Assembly (NCBI GenBank): GCA_965206355.1
Contig: OZ242212.1
Coordinates: 1,009,540-1,073,539, forward strand
Origin: Candidatus Spongiihabitans sp.
Lineage (GTDB): Bacteria; Pseudomonadota; Gammaproteobacteria; Arenicellales; Poriferihabitantaceae
DNA: 64,000 nt
Direction of reading: 5' to 3'
Below are positions 39,780 to 48,561 of the stretch, piece after piece. The translations under genes and the position numbers were made by a program. The notes below the pieces were generated by a model. The model was not told where the DNA came from. It saw only the letters and a program-made list of their open reading frames with translations, and made no database searches. Every line of letters starts with the position of its first letter. Position 1 is the stretch's first letter.

Positions 39780-41960
39780 TTACTGCTTCAGTGCTTTGAC
39801 CCGTTTTCGGTGGCGGTGCAAAACCGGCTCTGTGTAACCGTTCGCCGCTTCCCGACCAGTAAATACCAGCTCTAATGCTGCCTGAAAGGCAATATTGTTA
39901 TCCAAGTCATCCGTCATTGCCTGATACATTGGGTCGGTCAAATTCTGCCAATCCACCACACCTGCCATCTTTTCAAATACCTTTCGCACTTGTTTTTCGG
40001 TGGTTAATCCGTGATGCAACCAATTGGCAAGATGCTGACTCGATATTCTCAATGTTGCCCGATCTTCCATGAGTGCCACATTGTTTATATCAGCGACTTT
40101 GGAGCAACCGATACCCTGATCAATCCATTTCACCACATAGCCAAGAATACTCTGCGCGTTGTTTTCCAGTTCTTTTACCAGATCACTATGGTGGAGATGA
40201 CGTGAGCCGAGTAGCGGGATGGTCAGAATGTCATTTATATTTGCCCGCAGACAGCTTTTAAGCTCATGCTGGCGCGTGCCAACACTCACCTGATGGTAAT
40301 GCATCGCATGTAATGTCGCTGCTATAGGTGACGGCACCCAAGCGGTATTGGCACCAGCGCGGGGGTGGGCAATTTTTTGTTCCATCATTGCCATCATATC
40401 ATCGGGTGCTGCCCACATACCTTTGCCGATCTGTCCGTGTCCCGGCATTCCGCTTTCCAAGCCCACGTCCACATTCCAGTCCTCATAAGCGAGTAGCCAA
40501 GGCGACATTTTCATGTCATTTTTCAGAATGACCGCGCCGGCTTCCAGACAACTATGAATCTCATCACCCGTTCGATCCAGAAAACCGGTATTGATAAATA
40601 CCACCCGCTCACTGGCGACACGGATACATTCTTTCAAATTGACCGTGGTACGGCGTTCCTCATCCATAATACCGATCTTGATGGTATTTCTCGTAAGTGC
40701 GAGTGCATCCTCTACCAGCGAAAATAATTCTACTGCGGCAGCAGTTTCCTCGACACCGTGCATCTTAGGTTTGACGATATAAACACTACCAGCACGACTA
40801 TTACGGTATCGCCCCTTGCCGCGCAAATCCAGCATAGCAGCAGTGGCAGTAACCATCGCATCTAAAAATGTTTCGGGGATTTCCTTGCCGTTACAGGTAA
40901 CCGCATCGGTGTACATATGGGTACCGACATTACGCATGAACATCACGCTACGACCATGCAAGGTGAAGGGTTTGCCGTCAGGTGCGATATATTCCTGATC
41001 CGGCTCCAATTCCCGCTCCAGCGTCTCTCCGGATTTGCGAATTTTCGCTTTAAGATTGCCTCGCATTAGTCCCGCCCAGTTTCGGTAAGCACGCACCTTA
41101 TCCTCAGCATCAACAACAGCAACCGAATCCTCGCAATCTATGATGGTGGTCAGTGCCGCTTCAATTTTTACATCATAAACATTAGCCAGATCGCCACGCC
41201 CAATAAAAAAGCCTTCGCCAATACAGATATTGATATGCAGGTCATTATGCTTTAACAAAATGTTGGACGGGGATTGCGGATCGCCGCGATAGCCGACAAA
41301 ACGTTCTTTCCAACCCAGCCCAACCTCACTGTTATCCCCCATCACTACAACCAAATTTCCCGACTTCACTTTATACTGCACCGCATAGGCGTGGCTACCC
41401 ATAGCCAGCGGCACAGCACGATCCAGAAATTCTCGAACATAGCGAATGACCTGAGCACCGCGCACCGGATTGTATTTGGTGGTTTTCTTGCAGCCTTGCA
41501 CTTCCAAAATAATATCGGTGCCATACAGTGCATCATATAAACTACCCCATCGCGCATTTGCCGCATTCAAGACATATCTTGCGTTGTCAGCCGGAACCAC
41601 TAACTGTGGTGCGGCGATAGTGGCTATTTCCTCATCAACATTTTCAGTCGCAATGGCAAAAGGCTGCCCGCTCGGCAACAGATAACCTATCTCCTCAAGA
41701 AAAGCCTTGTACTGCCCAATATAGGCTTCACCCCCCGCAGATTGCCGGTTGTTTTTATGCCAGTCATCCAATTTTTTCTGGAAGGTATGACGCTGTTGCA
41801 ACAGCGTCTTGTTCTTGCCAGCAAGCTGTTTAACGATATGTTCAAGCCCACCCCAAAACTGCGCACTATCAACACCCGTTCCCGGCAGGATGTCGGTTTC
41901 GATCAAGTCATACAGTAACGGATCTATACACAGAGCATTTATTTCAATTTGGTTTGTCAT
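39780..41960 (-). CDS. glcB: Malate synthase G
   Basis: PQLVVP, NAANARWGSLYDALYG, INTGFLDRTGDE and LMEDRATLRISSQ. Confidence 0.95.
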   Translation of the reverse strand: MTNQIEINALCIDPLLYDLIETDILPGTGVDSAQFWGGLEHIVKQLAGKNKTLLQQRHTFQKKLDDWHKNNRQSAGGEAYIGQYKAFLEEIGYLLPSGQPFAIATENVDEEIATIAAPQLVVPADNARYVLNAANARWGSLYDALYGTDIILEVQGCKKTTKYNPVRGAQVIRYVREFLDRAVPLAMGSHAYAVQYKVKSGNLVVVMGDNSEVGLGWKERFVGYRGDPQSPSNILLKHNDLHINICIGEGFFIGRGDLANVYDVKIEAALTTIIDCEDSVAVVDAEDKVRAYRNWAGLMRGNLKAKIRKSGETLERELEPDQEYIAPDGKPFTLHGRSVMFMRNVGTHMYTDAVTCNGKEIPETFLDAMVTATAAMLDLRGKGRYRNSRAGSVYIVKPKMHGVEETAAAVELFSLVEDALALTRNTIKIGIMDEERRTTVNLKECIRVASERVVFINTGFLDRTGDEIHSCLEAGAVILKNDMKMSPWLLAYEDWNVDVGLESGMPGHGQIGKGMWAAPDDMMAMMEQKIAHPRAGANTAWVPSPIAATLHAMHYHQVSVGTRQHELKSCLRANINDILTIPLLGSRHLHHSDLVKELENNAQSILGYVVKWIDQGIGCSKVADINNVALMEDRATLRISSQHLANWLHHGLTTEKQVRKVFEKMAGVVDWQNLTDPMYQAMTDDLDNNIAFQAALELVFTGREAANGYTEPVLHRHRKRVKALKQ

Positions 41961-42022
41961 ATTGGTATCTAATATGTTTGGGTTCAGATAGATGTGCCCA
42001 GTCACCCCGTCATAATTACACG

Positions 42023-42634
42023 CTATAGTAAACTCATCGCCAGCGTCAATGCAATGCTCCACATTATTACGCCGATTATAAAATCAAGTATGCGCCAAGT
42101 TGTCGGATTTTGGAAGTAGGGCTGTAACCATTGTCCTCCCAGTGCCAGAATGAAAAACCAGATGGAAGATGCGCTGATTGCGCCTGCCCCGAAAACAATC
42201 CGGTTACTCGGCACTTCCTGAATCGCAATACTTCCCAACAATATCATGGTATCCAGATAAACATGCGGATTAAGTAAACTAAGTGCCAGCATTGAGCAAA
42301 TTGCGGTTTTCAAACTGACCTTGTCCGCCGCCGCGCCGCGTAAATGCCCCGGAGCCAACATCTTCTTGAAAGACAAACCACCATAAACAAACAAAAACAA
42401 TGCGCCGCCGATGGTGGTCGCGGTGAGCAAATTTGGAAATTGTTGAATGAATTTGCCCATGCCCATAATCCCTGCAACAATCAGCACAGCGTCAATCACT
42501 CCCCCGATTAAAGCGATAACCCAATGATGGTTGCGGCATATTCCGCGCGTCAAGACATAAGCATTTTGTGCGCCAATCGCAACTATCAAAGCAAAGCTGA
42601 CGCCGAATCCTTTTGCAAATACGGTGATGCTCAT
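42023..42634 (-). CDS. LysE/ArgO family amino-acid exporter
   Basis: LIVAIGAQNAYVL and LNPHVYLDT. Confidence 0.9.
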   Translation of the reverse strand: MSITVFAKGFGVSFALIVAIGAQNAYVLTRGICRNHHWVIALIGGVIDAVLIVAGIMGMGKFIQQFPNLLTATTIGGALFLFVYGGLSFKKMLAPGHLRGAAADKVSLKTAICSMLALSLLNPHVYLDTMILLGSIAIQEVPSNRIVFGAGAISASSIWFFILALGGQWLQPYFQNPTTWRILDFIIGVIMWSIALTLAMSLL

Positions 42635-42759
42635 ATCGGGAAATAGCGATTGCTAGCGATCCATACCGAGCCAATGAAAATCGTTCGGCGATATAATTGC
42701 CACCAGAACATGATATTTTGCAATCGCCTTATTGCGGTTGTTGACAGCCTTCAAACTGT

Positions 42760-43272
42760 CTAACCATCACCGATCCAGACCTCGCCCTCTACGGCAATTT
42801 CTTCCAGGTTGTTCCCTGCTCCAGCACGGTCGATAACGATAAAATCCTGCGTGTGGTTAAGCACAATCTGAAAATGATGCCAGGTGTTTTTATTGAGGTT
42901 TATGCCCTGACTACCATTGCTTATAAATAACGTCAAATCGTCAAATTGCAATCCATGTCGTTTTCGCTCAACTTCTCGTCCAACCAGAACTAAAAACGGC
43001 TGATCAGTCATCGGCATAAAGCCCTGACTGCCTAAAGGATGCCGCTCCATCACTTCGACTTTATGTGGTAACGGTATCGGCGAGGTGCGAAACAGACTGA
43101 TAATCGGGCGACCGTCATGGACATTCGTATCTATATCGAGCAAGTCATGGAATCGTGTTGTCAGTCCCTGATTGATGGATAGTTGTTTTGCTTTGTCTAA
43201 TTCAATCACCTGCCCGAATGCTTTGAAGCCTTGCGCAGTCAGCGGAATAGGTTTTAGAATCGGTTGCGGCAT
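42760..43272 (-). CDS. allA: Ureidoglycolate lyase
   Basis: F..FG.VIE, INQG.T.RFHDL, MERHPLGSQ.F and WHH. Confidence 0.9.
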   Translation of the reverse strand: MPQPILKPIPLTAQGFKAFGQVIELDKAKQLSINQGLTTRFHDLLDIDTNVHDGRPIISLFRTSPIPLPHKVEVMERHPLGSQGFMPMTDQPFLVLVGREVERKRHGLQFDDLTLFISNGSQGINLNKNTWHHFQIVLNHTQDFIVIDRAGAGNNLEEIAVEGEVWIGDG

Positions 43273-43283
43273 TTATAGTTCAG

Positions 43284-44279
43284 CTATAGTTCAGCCCACA
43301 CGCGCAAGCGGCTGACCCCACCATCTGGATAGATATTAAAACGAATGTGGGTAACCGCACTGGTGTTGATTATCTGCCCAATAAATTCATGTTCTTTATC
43401 GGCTTCCAGTTTTACCTGCGGTAGTAAATCCTGCCAAGTCTGGCTGTCGCAATCAACAGAATCAAGATTGAGACGATCAAGATGAGCGCCCTGAATACTG
43501 CATCGGTCTGGATAATTGCCCTTAAAAAAAGCGGTGTCCACCTCAACGCGTTTGACCGTTCCCGCGCGCGCTAAAGCAATCACCACCCAGTCGCTACCCA
43601 AGTGCCGACGGCGACGTGTTTCCCAGCCATCGCCCATGTTCACACCGCGACCCGGCGCGAGTAAATTGCGCATAGTGCCGAAATGTTCATTGTTACAAGC
43701 GAGTGCCACGCCACCGTTCAATGCCGCGGCAATATCCACCAGCTCACCTTGCGGAATCTTGTTCCAGTTTACCTTAGGTTGTGCATAAACCCGTAATCTG
43801 GCAATACCTCCGTCAGGATAAATGTTGATACGAACATGGGTATAGCTGTCGGCATCGTTGACCTCATATTGATGCTGACTATCGCCCTCAAGCACGCTGT
43901 GCGGGATGAGTTCTTTCCATTCAGTGGTTGCATTCGGGTCAGCATCTTCCAGCATACAGACATCTATGGATGCTGCGGGAGCGTAATTGCCGGTAAAGTG
44001 GGTGGTGTCAATCTCAATGCCGTGAATTATTCCGGGTCTTGCTAATTTGACGATGCACCAATCATGCCCGGTCGCCCGTTTTCTTCTCGATTCCCATCCA
44101 TCCATCCATTTACCATTGTCATCATATTTGTTTTCGACAAAAATCGGTGGCTGCTCTTGCAACATACGCCCCATTGCCGCGAAAAAATCATCGCTACAAG
44201 AGAGCGCAACAGCCCCTAATTTTGCAGATGCCAAATTAACCCAACGTCGGGTAAACCGATTCGGGGTAAAGTTATTCAT
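43284..44279 (-). CDS. alc: Allantoicase
   Basis: Two repeats of DGWE(S/T)RR(K/R)R and NIYPDGG(I/V).RLR. Confidence 0.95.
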   Translation of the reverse strand: MNNFTPNRFTRRWVNLASAKLGAVALSCSDDFFAAMGRMLQEQPPIFVENKYDDNGKWMDGWESRRKRATGHDWCIVKLARPGIIHGIEIDTTHFTGNYAPAASIDVCMLEDADPNATTEWKELIPHSVLEGDSQHQYEVNDADSYTHVRINIYPDGGIARLRVYAQPKVNWNKIPQGELVDIAAALNGGVALACNNEHFGTMRNLLAPGRGVNMGDGWETRRRRHLGSDWVVIALARAGTVKRVEVDTAFFKGNYPDRCSIQGAHLDRLNLDSVDCDSQTWQDLLPQVKLEADKEHEFIGQIINTSAVTHIRFNIYPDGGVSRLRVWAEL

Positions 44280-45174
44280 ACGGGAAGTTTATCCTCCAAT
44301 GGTTAGCAATATCAACTCTGCGTGCCAGCCAAACCTGATCTTTTGCCAGCACATAGTCCAAAAATCGGGCCAAAGCTACCGCTCTGCCTGGGCGACCTGC
44401 CAAACGACAATGCAGTCCGACTGACATCATTTTCGGTGCCTGATCGGCTTCATCGTACAGGCAGTCAAAGGTATCTTTGAGGTAGTTAAAAAATTGCTCA
44501 CCGCAATTAAATCCCTGAGCAGTAGCAAACCGCATATCGTTGGCATCCAGCGTATAAGGCACCATCAACAAAGGCTTTTGGTAGTGGCTAATCCAGTAGG
44601 GTAATTCATCGGCATAGCTATCTGCACTGTAAACGAATCCACCCAAATCAGCGGTAATACGATGCGTTGCAGGGCTGCTCCGACCCAAATAAAACCCCTG
44701 CGGGCGAGTACCGGTTACTTCGCTATGTATTTCGATTGCCTTTTGCAGATGTTCTATTTCAATTTGTTCGGGTACAAATTGATAATCAATCCAGCGGTAT
44801 CCGTGACTGGCAATTTCCCAATTACTTTTCAACATGGCACCAACCGCCAATGGGTTTCTTTGTATCGCCATAGCCACGGCGAATACGGTAAGTGGAATTT
44901 CTCGCTCGGTAAACAACCGATACAATCTCCAGAATCCCGTTCGGGAACCGAATTCATAGATCGACTCCATATTGATATGGCGCATATTTTCATAAGGCTG
45001 GGCACCAACAATCTCTGACAGAAATGCCTCTGAATGGGAATCACCATGAATGATATTGCTTTCTCCACCTTCCTCATAGTTGAGCACAAATTGCAGCGCA
45101 ATTCTGGCACCGTTTTTCCATCTGGGGTTGGGCGGTTGTTGACCATAGCCAATCATATCTCTGGAGTAGCTCAT
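44272..45174 (-). CDS. puuE: Allantoinase PuuE (polysaccharide deacetylase fold)
   Basis: QFVLNYEEGGE, ESIYE.GSR.GFWRL, PYTLDANDMRF and GLHCRLAGRPGR. Confidence 0.93.
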   Translation of the reverse strand: MSYSRDMIGYGQQPPNPRWKNGARIALQFVLNYEEGGESNIIHGDSHSEAFLSEIVGAQPYENMRHINMESIYEFGSRTGFWRLYRLFTEREIPLTVFAVAMAIQRNPLAVGAMLKSNWEIASHGYRWIDYQFVPEQIEIEHLQKAIEIHSEVTGTRPQGFYLGRSSPATHRITADLGGFVYSADSYADELPYWISHYQKPLLMVPYTLDANDMRFATAQGFNCGEQFFNYLKDTFDCLYDEADQAPKMMSVGLHCRLAGRPGRAVALARFLDYVLAKDQVWLARRVDIANHWRINFPYE

Positions 45175-45195
45175 AATCGCTGCACTTATTCAGGT

Positions 45196-46428
45196 TTATT
45201 CAGAAAGCTGCGCGGGCGTGGTTAATGATGAATACCATTGCCCGATTAAATCCCGCTCCTGCTGAGTGATTTTGGTCAGATTTCCGAGTGGCATGGTTTT
45301 AGTCAGCACGGCGGAACGATAAATACGCGCGGCATTTGTGCGCACTTGCTCAGCATCATCCATGGCCAAACCAGCTGGCGGTGCAACAAATCCCGCTTGG
45401 GTCGGTGATGCGGAATGACAACCGCTACAGCGCGCCCGAATAATCTCCTGAACCATTGAATCCGTATCCACTTTTTCCTGAGTCGCTACTGTTGATGGCG
45501 ACACGGCAGTTGCTGTGGGCATGCTCGGAACGCTAAACCACATCACCAACAGCATAGCAAGAAAAGCAACGGGTAGTATCCACCATAGTGATTTTATAAC
45601 ATGGCGGACATTAAAATAATGGCGGACAGCCACAGAGATTAACGAAATAAAAATCAACACCAGCCAATTCCAAGTATGGCCGTAGGTACTCGGAAAATGA
45701 TTACTAATCATCAAAAAAAGCACCGGCAACGTCAGATAATTATTATGGGTTGAGCGTAGCAAACCATTTTTTCCGATTGCAGGGTCAATCGGCCGCTGTT
45801 GCTTTAATGCCGCTACCATTGCTTTTTGGGCAGGAATAATGACAAAGAAAACATTGCCTACCATCATCGTGCCGATGGCCGCACCGATATGAATATAAGC
45901 ACCACGCCCACTAAACACTTCGCTTAAAAGATATGCCAGCAGCGATAGATATAATACCAGCGCGATTGCCAGCAACAGCGGGGTCTTGCGTAATGCTGAA
46001 CGACAAAGACCATCATAAACAAACCACGAACCGATAACCGAAATAATGGCAATGACAATCGCCTTTGCCGGAGTTATCGCCATTACCGTTGCATCAATCA
46101 GGAATAAACGGGCATTAAAATAATAGACAACAATCAACAGCGTCATACCACTTAACCAAGTGGTATAGGCCTCCCACTTAAACCAATGCAACTGCTTCGG
46201 CAATTGTTGCGGACCTGTTTTGAATTTTTTCAGGTGATAAAATCCGCCACCGTGAATTGCCCAGAGATTGCCAGCAATGCCCTTATCCTTATTCTGAGAT
46301 AACCTGCGATCTAAATTATTCTCCAGCCAATTGAAATAAAACGAAGCACCAATCCAGGCTACGCCAACAATGAAGTGAATCCAGCGAATTATCAAATTGG
46401 CCCATTCATGGATGAAACTTTCAATCAT
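45196..46428 (-). CDS. puuD: Membrane urate hydroxylase PuuD with C-terminal cytochrome c
   Basis: RW.H...AWIGASFYF, IHGGGFY, WFKWEAY.TW.SG, HNNYLTLPV and CSGCH. Confidence 0.92.
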   Translation of the reverse strand: MIESFIHEWANLIIRWIHFIVGVAWIGASFYFNWLENNLDRRLSQNKDKGIAGNLWAIHGGGFYHLKKFKTGPQQLPKQLHWFKWEAYTTWLSGMTLLIVVYYFNARLFLIDATVMAITPAKAIVIAIISVIGSWFVYDGLCRSALRKTPLLLAIALVLYLSLLAYLLSEVFSGRGAYIHIGAAIGTMMVGNVFFVIIPAQKAMVAALKQQRPIDPAIGKNGLLRSTHNNYLTLPVLFLMISNHFPSTYGHTWNWLVLIFISLISVAVRHYFNVRHVIKSLWWILPVAFLAMLLVMWFSVPSMPTATAVSPSTVATQEKVDTDSMVQEIIRARCSGCHSASPTQAGFVAPPAGLAMDDAEQVRTNAARIYRSAVLTKTMPLGNLTKITQQERDLIGQWYSSLTTPAQLSE

Positions 46429-46449
46429 TTTGGTTTAACTTCATTACTC

Positions 46450-46945
46450 TAACCCACGTTCTAATCCACATTGGCAAATATTCGAGTTGCTTCGGGGTAG
46501 AGTCGGGCAAACTCAACTTTTTTTGCACAAATTCCGTAAGCACCTGTTTCGGGTCATCATAGGCATTTAATATGAGACCTTTGCACGAAAGCCATTACCT
46601 GCATGCTGCGTTAAAATCGTACTCAATCGGTCATTTATAAGCATAAACTCCCTCATTCCGTGCGTTTTTGCCTGGCCTGAAAGCGAAATCATCTTCCGTG
46701 CAAAGGTCTCAATATGTCAAACGCCCGACTCCGGAGCGTAACCACTTCTTGTAAAACCGCATTGTATAAAATCAGCTTGCTACGGAAGTAGTAATGCACA
46801 TTTGCCTTTGGCATACCCGCCTTATCAGCAATTCTTTGCATCCGTGCCATCATAATCGTATTTTTTAAACTCCTGTTCGGCAGCTTTCAGGATAGCTCGC
46901 TGTTTTTCTACTCTGATTGTTGAAAATTGGCTAGCCTGTTCTATC
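46450..46945 (-). pseudogene. TetR/RutR-like regulator pseudogene with frameshifts and a MITE insertion
   Basis: AILKAAEQEF / MQRIADKAGMPKANVHYYFRSK..LY / DDP..L.EF.. / YPEATRIFAN, read in shifting frames. Confidence 0.8.
46574..46710 (+). mobile_element. MITE copy 6 (137 bp, 2-bp deletion), TSD AATAT
   Basis: TIRs present. aatat at 46569-46573 and 46711-46715. Confidence 0.95.
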
Positions 46946-47012
46946 GCTTTACCCACCCACTTGCATTTCCGGAAATGTCCTTCATTATCAGTCTCCACAC
47001 GGTTATATTTTC

Positions 47013-47040
47013 GGAAAATGCCCCTCATCACTGAGGGGCA
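47013..47040 (-). terminator. Putative rho-independent terminator of the BMP gene
   Basis: TGCCCCTCA-N4-TGAGGGGCA stem followed by TTTT on the minus strand. Confidence 0.6.
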
Positions 47041-47072
47041 ACTATCCTGACTTCAGCAAACATTGGGTAAAA

Positions 47073-48149
47073 TTACTGACCCAATTTACCCTGAACCCCT
47101 TCGACATACCAGTCCATCCCCAGCAAAACACCATCGTCAAGGCGTTGTCCAGAAGCAACAACTTGCTCACCTTTCTGATTATTGATTGGACCTTGGAATG
47201 GGTGAAATGAACCATCAACAATGGATTGTTTTACAGCATCGGCAGCAGCACGTACCTGAGCAGATACCACATCTCCGTAAGGTGCAATACCGACTAGACC
47301 GTCTTTTATGCCGCCCCAAGTATCCGTAGATTGCCACGTTCCGTCCATAACTGCCTTGACGCGGGAAACATAGTAGCCATTCCAGTCATCTATAATCGCA
47401 GTTAATTGCGCTTTCGGCGCAAAAGCACTCATATCGGATGCCTGACCAAACGCATAAACACCACGTTGTTCGGCAACCTGAAGCGGAGCAGGTGAATCGG
47501 TATGCTGCGTAATGATATCGGCACCTTGGTCAATCAATGCTTTTGCCGCATCACCTTCTTTGCCGGGATCGTACCATGAGTTTACCCAAACCACTTTAAC
47601 AATAGCCTCGGGATTTACTTTTCGCATTGCCAAAATAAAAGCGTTGATGCCACGCACCACTTCAGGAATTGGAAACGAAGCAACATAGCCAACAATGCCA
47701 GATTTACTCATGTGCCCTGCAACCGTTCCTAACACCGCCCGACCTTCATAAAATCTCCCCGAATAGGTGCTTACATTATCGGCCCGTTTGTAACCGGTCG
47801 CATGTTCAAATTTAACCTTGGGAAACTGTTTAGCCACTTTGGCGGTGGGATTCATATATCCAAATGAGGTGGTAAATATAATTGAGTGACCACTGCTAGC
47901 CAATTTTCGGATAACCCGCTCTGCATCAGCGCCTTCTGGCACACTTTCAACAAAAGTTGTTTTAACACCAAGCTCATTTTCGACTGCCTGACGACCTATA
48001 TCATGGCGATAAGTCCAACCATGATCGCCAATTGGTCCGACATAAACAAACCCGACCGGCAGGTCTTGTGCGCCGGTCAGTGTGGTAGCGCACAACATGG
48101 TGGCAGTTGCCAGTATGGTCACGACTTTTCTAAAGGTGATTTTTTTCAT
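47073..48149 (-). CDS. BMP-family ABC substrate-binding protein (probably purine/nucleoside)
   Basis: FVYVGPIGDHGW, FTTSFGYM, HATGY, PIPEVVRGINAF and QHTDSPAP. Confidence 0.9.
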   Translation of the reverse strand: MKKITFRKVVTILATATMLCATTLTGAQDLPVGFVYVGPIGDHGWTYRHDIGRQAVENELGVKTTFVESVPEGADAERVIRKLASSGHSIIFTTSFGYMNPTAKVAKQFPKVKFEHATGYKRADNVSTYSGRFYEGRAVLGTVAGHMSKSGIVGYVASFPIPEVVRGINAFILAMRKVNPEAIVKVVWVNSWYDPGKEGDAAKALIDQGADIITQHTDSPAPLQVAEQRGVYAFGQASDMSAFAPKAQLTAIIDDWNGYYVSRVKAVMDGTWQSTDTWGGIKDGLVGIAPYGDVVSAQVRAAADAVKQSIVDGSFHPFQGPINNQKGEQVVASGQRLDDGVLLGMDWYVEGVQGKLGQ

Positions 48150-48422
48150 AATTTGCTACTCCTGATTAAATGTTTTAATGAATGAATTTTACGCCAACAA
48201 CAGCACTTTTATTGATACGCAGAAAAACAAATCCTCATATATTTGATTTACATATCCACGCCCCCGCGGTAATTGTAGCACAAATAAAAAATCACCTTTA
48301 ACTCTCTTTTCAAGGACGGATACGTGCACTGGAAATGAAAATCCTGAAATTGAGAGAATCAGTGATTTTCGGCCAACACTGCTATATTGTGGCGTCAGAC
48401 AACACAAAGCATTACCTATAAT

Positions 48423-48561
48423 GAGACCTTTGCACGAAAGCCATTTCACCTGCATGCTGCGTTAAAAACGTACTCAATCGGTCATTTATAAGCATAAACT
48501 CCCTCATTCCGTGCGTTTTTGCCTTGCCTGAAAGCGAAATCATCTTCCGTGCAAAGGTCTC
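48423..48561 (+). mobile_element. MITE copy 7 (139 bp), TSD ATAAT, supplies the addA stop codon
   Basis: TIRs present. ataat at 48418-48422 and 48562-48566. Confidence 0.95.
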
